From assembly GCF_030028105.1 (NCBI RefSeq), contig NC_092375.1, positions 37,175,130-37,239,129 of the forward strand: a stretch of 64,000 nucleotides of DNA. The letters run 5' to 3'. This DNA is from Mobula birostris. Lineage: Eukaryota. The notes under the pieces are model-generated. The model had not been told where the DNA came from and searched no databases. It worked only from the letters and a program-made list of their open reading frames with translations. This document shows positions 1 to 15,208 of the stretch, piece after piece. The stretch's first letter is position 1. Every line of letters begins with the position of its first letter. The translations under genes were made by a program, and so were the position numbers.

Positions 1-1085
1 GAGAAGTAAACTAGGTATCAGTTCCTGTATAATAATAGAGAAACTACAGAGTGACAAAGAGAACTGCTCAGCAGATGAAGACGATTTCAATAAATGGGTG
101 AGAGAGCACACACCAGAATCATTAAATAAATTATTTTACAATCATTTTATGAAAATGTGATAATGACCCAGATTAAGATGTTGCCAGTGAGGCACTCAAA
201 TTAATATCGACTAACAAAGCAAATTTGAGAATTTGCGAAATGAATCTGAGACATTACAGTATAGCAAAGCTCCTGAGCCATAAATGCCATTCCGTGGGAG
301 CCACTTCTAACGCAGCAGCAAGAAAGCTTGCGAAGGTTTTCCCTGTAGACAAGCTGTTAGCATATTTAATATGTTACAGTTTTAAAAGTTAAGATGCATA
401 TAATGATAAAGTGAATAAAAATCCTTAATTCTTTGCAGCTACTCATTGTTTATTTCAGTGGGGAAGATATCAGTGTATAAGAACTTACTCAAGTGGCGTG
501 AAATTCCTGTAGCTTTCCACTCAGCCTCTGGACTCTATATGGAAGTCAATATTGGAGCCCGTCGAAGAAATATCAAGAAGTTTGGATTTGTAGCATTTCC
601 CCACGCAATCCAGCCCATTAATGCTTTTCACAGTAATTTTTTAGGTCTACATTTAGGATAATTTTGTTGGTTATTTGCTTAACCTAACACCTCTGACAGA
701 CTCGTACTAGTTGGGAGTGTTTGATCCAATGGGTACATGATATTTCCTCCATAGTAATGGGTCCATACTTAATATTTACTGTTCAGCCTTTCACCTTCCA
801 ATAGGGCTCTTTGAGATTCTCTGGTTAGTGGGATCCTGTAGGAGACCAGAGTAGGCAATCCAAGAACCAAGGGCCCAAGATTGGGGTATCAGCTTAATAG
901 TTTAATCAAAGCTTCACTCACACACCTACCGTTGCATATGTACACATAGATCCAGATGCAGAAAGCTCATCAAATTGCAATAAATTGAGTCCCAAGGAAA
1001 TCTGGCCTTAGAATGCTACTAATTAAAACACTCCATCAATATTTATTTCTGTTGTGCTGATTCTCAGTTTATCTTTCATCTGCAG

Positions 1086-1173
1086 AGGCCAACATTCAGT
1101 TTCTCTGAACCACGATGGACAGCCCAAGGAAATGGCGCAAACGGCAGTACTTATCTCCTGTGCAGACCAATAA
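1086..1173 (+). CDS. Candidate terminal coding exon of an unidentified upstream gene (GQHSVSLNHDGQPKEMAQTAVLISCADQ*)
   Basis: Good acceptor tttatctttcatctgcag, short open frame to TAA, followed by kilobases of AT-rich UTR-like sequence. Protein not recognised. Confidence 0.2.
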
Positions 1174-4100
1174 TCTGTGATTGATTTGTATCCCAACAAA
1201 ACCTGCAACGCAGAGGGATGAATGCATAAGGCCTGATATTGACTGCATTGTGGGAACCTCACCTTTCCATGGCTGGACAGGGAGGCACAGTCTGAATAAT
1301 GTCCCATAAACTCAGAATATAAACGAATGGGGCTAATCCAGTTTCCTCAGCTGTTGCACCCAATCTGAAGACAACTTGGTTATATAAAAGAATCGCTGTT
1401 ACACAGAACAAAAGGCCATGAAATCTACTGGCAACTCTTGCAGTTGGACGCTGTGCGATTAGAGTGTGAGCTACTCAGATTTGCTGCAAATTTTAGCTTT
1501 TCTCAAGTAACACTGATGCACTGTGCTAGTGACTAGATATCGTCAAGTTCTCTTTATTTTCCCTATTTTTAAAAAAGAAGCACATTATGATTTAAGTTTT
1601 ACAAAAACTGTAATCATGAACTTCTACCTGATCACTGAAATGATGGTGGGAAGAAAATATATTATTAAAAATACTTAACATTTTGCTCATTACATTAAGA
1701 AATTTTATTTCAACAGCATCTACTTAGTTGAAAGTATCTCTTACTCTGTAGTTGAGTTTAAAAGCGAATCTGCCTCTGAACAGATGGTACATTTTTTTTT
1801 TACACACTGTTTTTGCTTGAGTTTTTTTTCCATTATGACTTCATACCTATTGTTTTCGCTTTATATTGCTAAACCTCACTGACCCTGCACTGGGCCAGTT
1901 TACTGGACATGACTGTTTTCCTATATACTGTCAAGATATGTAAAATAATTTGCTTATTTTTTTAAGCAATTAGGCACTAATAGTGGCATAAATCCTGTAA
2001 GCTTTTTAGGTCCCAACTGTTGCACTGCTGTGTTTTTTACAGTGAATGATTATTATGATGGTTGTAGGGTTACTAATTCAGCAAATTACTGAAGAGAAAT
2101 TCAGGTTTTGTTTCAGGTTGCAGAAGTATATCAGCACAAAGAAATCAACATCTTCTGTCAGACCAACAGCTAGAATTACTGATGTTTTGTACTACTTTGT
2201 TTAAATGCAAAATATTTTATCCTATTATAGTTGAAGATCATGTTACCAGAATGGGAAAACAACTGGGAATTACAAAGAACATTTCAAAGTAGTTGTTCAA
2301 ATTTTAAGGATATTATTCTACAGTCTCAAACACAGTTCTTATGCAGTTCAGTGAAGTCACAGTAATACAGATGTAATTATAAGCTATGTTGTATTTTATG
2401 GTTGTTAGTTCAACATCTTGATACCAGTAATCCTGAAAATAGATTAATACTGTGCAAGCAGTAGTCTTATTTTCAGGACATTCGCAAGGATCATTTAATA
2501 TTTAATAAGCACCACAGAATGGAATGGTACATGCTGTTCACAGCAATGAAACTTGGTTATTTTAGTAAATTTTTATTGGAATTTGCAATGAAATAGTACA
2601 GTTAAAATGAAACAAATTTTTCCAAAGCATTCCTACTGATTAAACACTTTTTTCTGGACTAGGTCTGAATTAATCTTAAATTTGGCGTGACACTTATAAC
2701 AGAGATGTTAACTGGGCTCATTGAGCCTTTGTACTAATTTTATACATCTTTTGACAAAATGATCATATGCCCTACAATTTACATTTGCAAAGTTAAAATT
2801 TAAACTTTCAAGATTTATATTTTAGATTGATGAGTAGAATTAGTGAATCAGACGAGTGACAGAATAGCAAAGAGCCATTATTTCAGAGTATGTGCCATTA
2901 CTTCAGAGTTCTAAAATAAGATACACTTAACAGTTACTTTAATAATAGATTCATTATTATAAATTCAAAAGTAATCTTGATTGTCAGGTTAATGTGCTTT
3001 TTCAAACTCAGTAAAGGAACTTGATTTGGCCTTGTGAACTAGACAGGTGCTTTGAAGATCTAAAGTGTTTGCCTCAAAGAAGATTTGTGGTAATGTTGGT
3101 CATTCTCAGGACTTCTAAAAGTGATATAAAAAGCTTTCAGTAACGCCTTAAATGGTACAAGCCATCATGATTCTGTTTTTATTTAAATTTGCACTCTTGT
3201 GCTGTTTTTGTTAATTATACTGACAGTTCTACATTGTATCTTTACCCCAGGTATAATCTGCTAGCAATGAGGAACAAATAAAACTATTGCTGAGGACTTG
3301 TACCAAATATATGACCAATGATGTCTTCCAACAGCATGTGCCACTGAACGTAATAGTATGTGGGCGGCAAATGAAACCAGAAGTAAGCTCACCATGTTAG
3401 TTCTGCAGTGAAATCATAGTGAAGAAGAGAGGCTGGGGATGCGTGGGGAAAATAGTAGCTGTGGTTATAGGAGCTGGTGGAGGAATCGGGAGGGGATTTG
3501 ATTCTCTACAGAATGCAAAGCACAGAAACCTGAATACATCTACTTGTATGACTCAGATAAGGGAAATAAATATATACTGCACTGTTCAAAGAAACTTCAG
3601 CTACTAGAGCATGTATTGTTTTCTTATTTGAAATGTACAACCAACTGCAGGATCCACTTAAATGTTGTGTTAGTTTATGGTTCATATTTCAACTTTGAAT
3701 ACATTGGGAAGATCATAAAAATGATTAGTAAGTTCTAAACATTGCCCAGATATATGAAACTGGTTCACCTGGATCTGCAAATATCATCCATCAAATCCTT
3801 TACCAAAGTGAATTTTTGGCTGCAAAGACACAATCCCTAGGATGAGTTTTGGAACTGGCACATCATCAACAGGGAAATTAATGTATCAGAATTGTTGATT
3901 GAATTGCAATACCAAACTAGCCACATATATTTTAGAAAGCTAAGGCTGTATTACTGTATTCTGGGCTTCGGTCTTAACTGCTGACACAGAAGATAGATGC
4001 ACTTTTCTCAACCAACAATATATGAAACTGTAAAACAAACATCCCGATTTTTCTTTGCGCGCAATTTGAAATTTGCCATTTATTTTTCCAGCCACGGAGT

Positions 4101-7100
4101 ACAGGCCATGATTAGGCATAAAGTAGCTGGAACACTCCATCCTGGTAACATGATCCTTTATACAATTGTATGCAGCTTTATACAATATTTTGTTTCTCTT
4201 TTCACTCTAGCTGTAAATAACATCTTGTTAAAGTTTTGTGAAATTGTCATCCTTCGCTTGTCATTAGAAATATCGTCTTTTCCTTGTTGTAGAAACCAGC
4301 TTCTGCCCAAAGTCTAGCTAATATTTAAAAATGGAGAAGTACACAAAAGTAACTGTATTTAAATGTTACAATGCTTTTTCACAAAAGTTGAGTATAATGA
4401 TAAAAATGTCTACTTTTTATGCCTGACCAAGTAGAATACAATTCATTGTATTTTTGCATTAATTTTGTTTGTTTTACTGTTAAGTGACGTTTCCATGACA
4501 TTGATAGGTGGGTATGGAGTTTAATAGTGAGCTCCTCCTTTGAATTATAGAAAGAGAGTGTGACTATTTTGAAGTATAGCTTATTGCACTTGATATCACT
4601 TTTTTAGCATGTGAAAAGACTGCAAAATTTGATCACCAATGTAGAGAAGTGTGAGTTCCTAAACCAGGTAATTGAATGCCTATCAGCTGTCCTGGTGCCT
4701 ATTCTGGAAGTGTACCCATTTGCTTACAAAGAGCTTTACTATTCATGGATTGAGCAAAGCAAATAACAGGGAGAATTGATGAATCATATCTGTATAATAC
4801 TGCTTCTGTTTTCACTACAGTAAATTGTTATGGGAGAAGCAGTGGAAATAGCAGGAGCTATTACAGAGTGAATGTACTGTTCTTGCCACCATTGTGCAGA
4901 AGTGGACAGTAGGATGGATATTGCTGAATTTTTCTTTGTGGCTCAATCTTTCCTTTCCTGAAGCATTAGCACACTTAAATTTTGCCCACTGTGCATATTT
5001 GAATGGACACATCGTGTGAAACTTGGGTCTGTGCCAGAAATCTCTCCAGGCTTCTGCTCCAATGCCAGAACCTTAGAAGTTGTTTGATGGATACCCTGTA
5101 AAAATACGTTCTGTGGGAGTGAATGTAGGAAGGCCCACAGTAGAAATTTAACAACCAGGCAATTAACCCTGATATGCATTCAACTTCATTACCATCTTTA
5201 AACAAACATATATCTTGGGGAGTTTGGTTTGTTGAAGATTTGATACTTGATATAACTATTGGAAAAATTCATAGAACATTTATACATTGGGATTACATAT
5301 TACCAAATTTTATTTTGATCATTTTTAAAAATGCTGAATCATTGAAAGTTAGTTATTAAATCAGTTCAGAGATTATTTCTACATAGAAAACATCCTATGA
5401 TTATATTTCTTTTAAGTGAGTTGCAATAATAGTTATGTAAGGCTTCTAATTTGTTCCTCCTGCTGGAATTGTTTGTGTAACTAAAATGATGTAATGATCT
5501 GCCAATCTACATGGTATTACAAGTTACACTTTTAGTTTTAGCAACCTAAGAATTTCCATTAATCTGCATGGGAATAGTCCAGGCAATTTCAGTCTGATAT
5601 GTACAGAAGGTTTATCTAATCCTTGATTTAAGTGTTTTATTTACAAAGCATCACATGCATAATTTATGGTAGCATATTTTAAATAGCTTTTGGTATTAAG
5701 AAATGCAATAACCAATCACTTTTTCTATTGTGAGTACAATGAAAGAGAGTTAAGGGTAGGATTGTATGTATATTTGGAGTTCATTCTCCTGTAGAAAAGG
5801 TAGAAAGCAATCGAACAGTCTTAAAGGCATAACTCTATTACCTGCATACAGAGACAAAAAAGACTAATTTTGATTGCAAACATTTAGCTCATTTAAATTT
5901 GTTGAAGACCAAGTTGATAAGTCACTCAATGTTTCAAAGCCTGTGCTGTAAAAATGAATAATAATTTGTTAAACTGAGCATTAATAGATTTATTGTTAAA
6001 GATTACTCTGAATTAGAATGGAGATGGCAGCAGATTATTATTGTCAAGTAACTAATAATCATTCAGACAAGAAATCCTGGGATATTGATCTAATTTCATT
6101 GTAGATGTGAAAATATGCTTTCTAGATGGAATTTCGTAATTCAGATATAACATGCACATCTTTATTGTAGATGTTTATTTTAAATATTAGAACTTTAACA
6201 GATAATATAATGTAATTTCTTTTTTACCTTCTATTGTAAGGCATAGCTTAAGAAACTGAAAATGTGCAGTGTCTAGAAGACAGTTCTCTGGCCTTAAAAT
6301 TACTTAAGTTTTTCTTAAATTGGAATTGAAAACAAAGACAGCTTTACAAAATTTAAACTTTTTAATATTGTTATGTCTTAGTTATAATTGCTGCAGTAAC
6401 AATGTAGCCAAAGGGTTCATTTGTAGTAGTATTTCTTACACATTGTTTGAAGTTGAATGAAGAAAATGTTTACTTTTTAAAATATATATATATTGAAAGG
6501 AAAATAAGTCTACTGACCTAGTTGTGTCGACAAACTAACATCTTTTATATTACACCCATTTGGTCAGGTTGAAGCCTTGGCCACAATAATTAGTCCAGTA
6601 GAAATTCCAAATAACAAGAGGAATACAATGATAAAACATTGTGTAATGTACCATTAAAAGCATGGAGTGTGGCCTAAAAAGGGAGGCGGGAAGCTGTAAT
6701 GCACCTAATCTATTGACCAAATGTATGATGCAATTTAATAATTTATAAATATTTGTTTTTGGCCAATTAAAATGATTTCAGTAGTATATTTGTAAATGAT
6801 GGCTCACCAAGTAGGCTGAAATATTTAATTTTTTTTTTGGAAAGGGGTAGAATGATGTAATAATGTACAGTTCATTTTAATTTTAATACCAAAAATGCAG
6901 GGATGTTTTCTGATTCACAAAAAAGTATTAAAGGAATTATATTTCATTAGAATAAAAAGCAAATTTATAAATACATAGACAGTCTGAATGATATTTACTA
7001 ACTTTGAAGACCAGCATTAATTTCTGTCACTATTCGAACCATTAGGGTTTAGTTAAAACAGTTAAAATGAAGATCAACACCTTGCGCACTCATTCCAGAC

Positions 7101-9289
7101 CAACAGGGAAATGTTTGGGCATACTTCTAATAATTGTCAATTGTTTTTGAACTTCAAATTAAAATTTCTAATGGTTAAATTAAACAAGGCTATTAACAGC
7201 AATGTTTGTTTAATGCTTGAGAAAATTAATATCAGACCATTTGAAATAAATAACTAAATTAAGAGCAGACTGCACACACAGAATTGCATTGTCTGCAGTT
7301 TCAATTTTACACATTCAAGGCACTTGTTGAAAGACAGAAAGTGTCCATTTTATCCTTGAGTTGATGAAATAAATCAATTATGGAGCACAAGAAAACTTTA
7401 ATTTAGTTTAATTGTTCATTCTCTTTCAAAAATGATCACATAGTAATTTTGATTCCAATTAAAAATTAGTTTGGAGGGCTTGTTTAAATAGTGCTATTAT
7501 AATATTCTTTCAAATGAAATGCCAACCATCTGGTTTTTAGAAGTTCCTGGAAATATTTGGACCACTCTCTTTTAACTGTTAGTTTGATTTGAATTTCTAT
7601 TCCTTCTCCTGAGAGGTGGAAAGAATGCATTGGTGAGCTTTGAGGAAGCTAGGTCACTGTCACTGAATGAACCAATAATTTTGATATTAACACTGCATTA
7701 GGAAAAGGCCATAATTTTTTGAGATAGACAGATCACAATCAACAATTCTTCCCTTCAGTGTTTGGAGGCCTTTGGTGATCCAGATACTTTAAATCGTTTA
7801 TACTGGTAAAATGTAAGTTCAGAGTTTCGGATGTGTCACTGCAATCATGAAACCAATAGAGCCATTATGGTAGTGTTTTGTTGGCAAATAATCCATTTAC
7901 AGTTTGAAAACTCATGAAGGGACTGATCAAATTCATTGAAGGCACTTTATATATACCTTCATTTATAAAAACATCTAAGGTCATTAAAAACATGATATTT
8001 CCTTTAATAATATTACTCATACAGACCCAAAGATCACAGTCTGAGCCTGACCACTCTGCTCAGTGCTGGTTCCTCCTCTATAAGCTTACTTAACAGGCAC
8101 TTTGGATGTTGTGTCTCTGTCAGTAGACTCCCAAAGAGCAGGACATTCAATGGCTAGTAATCCTCCCATCAGTTCTGAAGCACCAAGATACATTGATGTT
8201 TAAAAGAAAAACAGCTAACCGCCACTGTCATCTGTAATTTGATCCAAGTACAAAATCACAATGTTTGAAGGGGGCTAACTGTGGTTCCTAAGACGATGGC
8301 ATTTAAAATTGCTTGTAGGCTTGGTACACATTAGAAATGCACAGAGCAGTTATGATGATGGTGTTGATCCTCAGTATACTGAACTATTTGCCTTTTTTTT
8401 TACTCTTGTTGCAGGCAACAAAGTAGATGACGTAGCATTTAACTGCACCGTTTAATGGAGTACCACAGTTCATAATATTAATTGAAAGGGTTAATAGTAT
8501 GGCTGAAAGTCGTTGCTAAGTCTTGCAAGGCACTGTGGTTCTAAGCTATTCATTTAAACATACTTGTGGTAACTAGGAGACTGCTATAGGTTCCTGAAAG
8601 AGTAATGCCAGTGATGTATAATTTCAAAAACATGAAGCAAAATTCTTGGTGATGTTAGGAGATCCCTATTACATGAGAATTAGTTCTTGTTACAGAAGGT
8701 GCCTGTGTATATAGCTCCTTTGTATTGCTTTGAGCAGAGTCCCTTATATATTTCTTACTAATATGCTCTGTAGAAATTGAATTCAGAAATTTTACTACTG
8801 ATAATTAAGAGTTTAAAGCCACTAATTATATAAAAGTTGCATAATTTGACAGATGATCATTTTATATTGCGTACTGTTTATTGCCTGTCTGTTTAGTTTT
8901 GTGATTGAAACACAGTTTTCCTTTTCACTATGTTATAATGCTGTATGCTGCTGCAGTGTTATTCTCATTATTTCCAAGCAGGCAATAAAGCATATTGTAC
9001 AGTATTATACAATTGAGTAAGATTATTATTTATAGCAAAAAGTTGTCTTAATATACAACCAAAGTCAATCCCAAAGTTATTCAATCTACTGAATTAGTTT
9101 TACAGGAAAGTAAATGAACATGATGCATTCAATTCAGCTAATTGATTCTGGATGCGTAAATGTTCCAACTCCTTAGATATGTGTTTTCATTTAATAACTG
9201 TATCAAATTGCATTAAGTTACATTGTCGAGCCCCGTGTCTTAAAAATTAACTTGACTACGGGCATTGCTACAAATCCTCCCGGATTTGG

Positions 9290-10940
9290 AAAATTTAGAA
9301 TTGAGAAGTGATCAGTGAAGACTAGAGTTTCATGAGGTGTAACAAAAACTGGTCATTCTTACAGCGGATAAATCACCTGATCCAGATGGGATGTATCCAA
9401 ACTTTTTAAGGGAAATAACAATGAAAGTTGCAAAGAAATTGGCCAAAATCTTCCAAACACCTGTTAGTGTGGTCAAGCTTTAAATTGTAACCATTGGATC
9501 AGTGTTCAAGAAAAGTTACAGGGATAAATCCAGACTTGGTCTGTTTAACCTCTGATGTAGAAAGGATTAGCAGTGATTTGGACATTATAATGTAGATTGA
9601 TAGGGTAATTCAGAATGACAACTTGTGTTTAATGGAGGATTTTTTAGTGGGTTAATGGGTATGATGGGAGAAATGCAATTGATATGCGTGATGACCTTCT
9701 AAAGGCATTTGATAAGTTGACTAGCTTAGCATCAAAATCGAAAAACCATAGAACAAAAGGAGCAGTAACAACATGGGTGTAAGGTTGTATTGAAGAGGGA
9801 ACAGATTGGTAGTGAATAGGAGACACACGATTGCAGATGATGGAAATCTGGAGCAACACAGAAAAAGCTGGAAGAACTCTGCAAGTCAGACAGCGTCCTT
9901 GGACGTAAATGAATGGTCATTGTTTTAAGTCGAGACCCTCCATCAGGACTGGAAAGAAAGAGGGGAGATGGCCAGTATAAAAGGTGGAGGGAAGGGGTGG
10001 AGTAAGAGCTGCCAGGTGAGTGAGGGGTGAGAATTGGAATATATAAGAAGTTGGGGGGTGATAAGTGGAAGTGACAGGGTGCTGAGAAGATGGAGAGGTC
10101 ACTTGACCATGGAATAAAGGGAAGGCAGTGAAGAGGTAACCAATGGGAACCAATGCGTGGATGATAGGCAAATTGAGAAGGCAGGGAAGGGGAACGAGAA
10201 GGGAACTGGTTGGATGAGGGGAAAATGGGGACAGAGTGGAACGGTTAATGCAAGTTAAAGAGATTGATGTTTATGACATCAGGTTGGAGACTACCATTCC
10301 AGAATTTGAGGTGGTATTCCTCTAATCTGTCTAAGCCTCAACTCATCAGTAGAGGAGGCCGTGCATATACATGTTGGTGTCAAATGGAAAATGAAATTAG
10401 AATGGCTGGCCACTGAGAAATCTGACTTTTACAGCAGATGGAGTGAAGGTATTCAATGAAGCGATTTCCTCCCATCTGCATGCCGTTGTGAATAGTTGTT
10501 TTTTTTTGGATGAAGAATTGTGTACAGTGTATTCCCAAAGGGCAGACCTCAGATCATGGCTTAATATAATTGACTGGGACTGGTGTGTACAATGCCTAAC
10601 CAGCACGACACAAAACTTGGAATAGTAGTGAACTGTGAACAGGATAGTAATGAACTGTGTGAGGATATAAATGTGCTGGTAGAATGAGCAAATACAGCAG
10701 ATGAAATTTAATATTTAAAAAAAATTAAGTGTTTCATATATATGAAAGGGAAGCAATGCTATAAGGCATACTGGAATAGGGGTACAGATGCAAAGTTGTT
10801 GAAACTGGGGTAAATCATGCTCACAAACTTTTTTATGCTATGAACAAATATCATTAAGCAAGGGGTCCATGGACCCTAGGTAAGGAACCCCTGGGCTAAA
10901 TTGAGAAGATGGTTAAAAAAAAACACAGAAGCCTATGCTT
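9290..10940. mobile_element. Degenerate CR1 LINE (+) interrupted by a degenerate Penelope fragment (-, about 9835-10615)
   Basis: CR1 RT-like remnants (aaggcatttgataag, cagatgaaatttaat) flank a purine-rich Penelope 3' region and GIY-YIG-like sequence resembling the copies at 34.5 and 61 kb. Confidence 0.6.
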
Positions 10941-12399
10941 TGCAAAACATTTTATGCATTTCAATATTTTAACTGCCAAAAAAGCACGAGATCTTCAGGT
11001 TCAGCAACTTAACCAACTGCAGGTTCCCCTCCAGTAGTCTCTCATCATCCTGATTTGGAAATATATTGCTGGCCTTTCATAGATACCAAATCCAAAACCT
11101 GTAAGTTCCTCCCAGCTGCATTAAAAACATGCCTTCAACAGAAAGACTATAATGGTTGAAGAAGGTACCTTCTTCAAAGTTATAATGGTTGAAGAAGGAC
11201 AAGTTCACATACCTTAGCTGCATCCTCCCAAGATCAAAGTCAACAAGAGGATAGGAAAAATAGGCTCTGCTTTTGGAAAATTAGGAAATGGGGAAACAAA
11301 GAGGAATCATCTGAAGGTGTATGATGCTGTTATCATACCCACTCTCCTTATAAGATGCAGACAGGATACAACATCTAGACAACTTTGCTATTTCCACCTG
11401 TCCTGGGTGCACAGCATATTTAAGGTCAATTAGAAAGACAAGATTCTGGACACACAGATTCTATCCTAGACAAACATCCCCGGCATTTACATTTTGCTGA
11501 AAGAATATGTAATTGTGAACTTCAGTTAAAACATGTTTATTGAATTAGAAACCTCACTGATCATTTCACAAGATGTTTGGCTGATGATTTTGAGATAAAG
11601 ATGAGTCTCTTTAACTTGCACAATGAAGTACAAGTATAATTGTACATAAAAAATACAACTTCCAAAACAGTAACTGAACAGTAGCATGGTCACATGAAAT
11701 GTGACCCAGAAACAGAAAAATGCTGGATAAGCTCACATTTTCTTTTTTGTTTCAGATTTTCAGCATCAAAATTCAAAGTAAATTAATTATCAAAGTAATA
11801 TGTTACCTGAGAATCATTTTCTTGCTGGCATTTACAGGAAAAATAAAGGAATAGAATAGATAGTTTTTCTTAAATGCTAAGACTGTGAGCAACCGATGTG
11901 CAAAGGAAGACAGACTACAAATAACAAATATTGAGAACATTAATTGTAAACTCTCCTTGGAAGTACATCTGTAGGTCATAGAATGAGTTCTAGAGTTGTG
12001 GTGAGTGAAATTATCCACACCAATGCATCTGCAGGTTATTTTTAGATAAAATAGAAAAGCTCAGTGAACTGTGCTGCGTTTAACAACCGTATACACCAAA
12101 TAAACTGCAGTACAAAGAGGGGACAAAATAGGCTGCTAATAATCTACAGCAAGAAACAAATTGCAACTGTGCATTTGTAGAAGAAACTGGACAACTGGGT
12201 CTGGACCAGATCAACTCAAAACATTGACTGGCCATTTCCCTTTGAAGATGTTGCCTGTCCTGCTGAGTTCTTCCAGTAGTTTTATGCTATGCAACAAAAA
12301 TTGTGAATTGGCAGGGCTCTAATGCAAGTGGATGCAGCAAAAAATAACTTGAAAGGATGCAATAATAATTTTAAAAAACAAACAAATAAATACTGTAGC

Positions 12400-13255
12400 T
12401 TATATACATAGATTGATTTGTGTCCATAACGTGGTGCCAAGCTGTACATAAGGTGACTGACAGGAAATAATGAAGTAATGGTGGGGGTGTTGATCAGCCT
12501 CGCTGCTTGGGGAAAGTAACTTTTCGAGTCTGGTTATCCTGGTGTGGATGTGACATAGCCTGCTCCCTGAAGGGAGAGGGACAGACAGACCATGCACAGG
12601 GTGTATGGGATTCTTCATGATTTTACTGACCCTTTTCCAACACCTTTCTGTATACGCTATACAGTCTGTCCTTGATGCCAAGTAGGCTGGAGCCGATGAT
12701 GGGTTGGGCAGTCTTGACTACCCGTTGTAAAGTGTAGCTTGTCGAGTTGCTCTTTGCGGCACATTTGTAGAACGGTGAGAGTATGGATGTGCAAACTCCA
12801 GCTTTCTTCTGCCTGTTCAGAAAGTAGAGGCGTTGATGAGCTTTCTTGACTCTGTAGGATTTGTTCTGGGGCCAGGAGAGGTTTTAGTGTGATGTACCCA
12901 CCTAGGAATTGAAATTGCTTGCCAGTTTCAAAGGGTGTGTGGATGGTATGAGTTCTCCTGAAGACAACGACCATCGCTTTTGCGTTGTCGACATTGACAA
13001 CAAGGTTATTTATGTGGCAATAGACCTCAAGCTCTGCCACCTACTCTATGTAGGCTGCCTCATCGTTGGTGGTGATGAACCCCACCTCTGTTGTGTCATC
13101 AGCAAACCCGGTGATGTGTTTGCTCAGTTGTTTGGCTATGCAGTTGTGTGAGCAGTGGGATCAGTACACAGTCCTGGAGGGGACACCCGTGTTGAGGGTG
13201 ATGGGGAGGGAGGAGTGGTTGTGCATCCAGACTACCTGAGGTCTCAACAGGCCAC
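12400..13255 (-). mobile_element. Rex1/Babar-type LINE, 3' RT fragment
   Basis: Minus-strand translations LVVNVDNAKAMVVVFRR, FQFLGGYIT, PLPSGSRLCHIHTRITRL match the C-terminal part of this RT family. Confidence 0.7.
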
Positions 13256-14444
13256 CTTAGGTGTCAGATTTGTTCTCCCTCAATCTCAAATGTAACCATC
13301 TTACTTGAATCAATTGCTCCTCAGGTTGGTTCAGGTAATTCCTGCACTTAAATGTGGGCCTGAGTTGGAGACCAACCACAATGGCATGAAAGACATGCCA
13401 CACTTGAAATGCCCTTATGGAAGGTGAAGTTGGCACTGCTGTCCCAAAACCTGTCATATCTGATTTTGTATGTTTCTGACATTGATGGACAAATAGAAAC
13501 CGTAAAATTGAAAAGAATTTCAAAATACTTAATTAAAATACTAATACATTTTAAAAAAACAATTTTTTTTTCACTAAGCAACTTACCTCCCCTTTCCTAA
13601 TAAAATCACAGAGATGTACAGGACAGAAATGGGCCCTTCAACCCAACGTGTCCAAGCTGACCTTTTTGTACAAAAATACCAGTCCCAATCTACACTATGC
13701 CTCAGTCTTCTGCCTTGCCTATTCAAGTACTTACTTAAATGCCTTTTAAACATAGCAACTGAAATCAACAGAGATGCAGGATCTGAATGATGATTTGCCC
13801 AGCATAATGCCAGGAATCCCAGCCCAACCTCCACGTGAAGCCTAGCAACAGATCTGATGTGACTCTTCGACTTCCATATTTGAAGGTAAAAGTCTGAATT
13901 TTAACAGCCACTAGAACATCTGAGGGCCGATGATGGTTCTGGCAAAAGGTTAGTTACCTGTGACTTCCTGCACAGTTGCAACGCTGCCTGTCGTTAGCTT
14001 CATAAAGAGCATCTCCTCTCCTCAACACATTGCAGATTTCAAGATATTTTTCTGGAAATCAACAAGTCATAGTAACTTGCTTTCCTTGTCAAAGCAGGTC
14101 AGTTCTGAAGAAAGTTCTCCACGTGTCAGGTCTGAATTGTAGGTTTGCATCCTTCAGCTTTCCCTTTTCACTCTCTCTTTAATTACTCTCATCTTTTTAA
14201 CCAGACAACTCTATAAATAGTAGAATCACGTCAACAACCTGGGTCTCGGCCTATCAGAGTTATCTCCTTTGTCTTGTCCATTCCTCCCTGGCCCTCTCTG
14301 CAACTTAAAACTAACTTGTCTCCTCTGTCTCGCAGTTCTGCCAAAACAATTTCAACAGTGAAACTGTTTCATTTTCACTGGATTATGCCAGAAGAACTGA
14401 GAACTGAGTGTTTGCAATATTCTCCATTTTAATTCAGATTTCAG

Positions 14445-14448
<4 letters not shown>

Positions 14449-14477
<29 letters not shown>
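14449..14477. repeat. (AC)14 microsatellite
   Basis: Directly visible. Confidence 0.95.
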
Positions 14478-14482
<5 letters not shown>

Positions 14483-15208
14483 GTCTCAGTTTTTTGAATA
14501 TCAGAAGGTACATGACTTCATGAATACTTTAGACCTCAGTAAATTCAATGAGTTTTAATCTTAATACATTGTGGGATGACATTGAAATCAGTTAATTGAT
14601 TATTAATACTTTAACAATCCAAGCAAAAGCTGTTTTTTGTACACAAAGTCAATAAACACTGTAACATTATTAATCGTTCTTTTTATTTAACATTTGCATT
14701 CTAAGCCAAGCAGTAGCTTTCATGGTGATCAGTTGTACTTCAAAGCCTACATTTGAGTTGATCAGTAAGGACGCATCCACATTGGGTGCTATAATTTGGA
14801 CTGCGGCAAGAATTAGGCTGAGTTACCTCAGATTTTGCTATGCGAGTTGATTTTGTAAAGGTCCTATATTTAAATGATCCATTAATATTCAACATTTCTA
14901 AGTTCATGCCCAATCAAAGATGCACTGCAGATACAGTGCTCTCTACTCTTTTATATTTTTATTTTGCACTAATTTAATTTAGCTATTTATTACGTATATA
15001 CAGTTTTTTCTCTATTACTATGTATTGCATTGTACTACTGTCAAAAAGGTAACAAATTTCATGACAAATGCCGGTGCTATTAAACCTGATTCAGTGTAGG
15101 ATAGAAAGGTGCTTCTCTAAGCACGATGTAGATCATTTGTACAGCTCTTTTGTATCAAATGGATAGATCAGTAGCATTATGGCAAATTTTTGAACTAATA
15201 TTCTGAGT

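Noticed and set aside
270-360. KCHSVGATSNAAARK resembling a DIRS tyrosine-recombinase motif
   Set aside because: Similarity too short, with no other DIRS features nearby.
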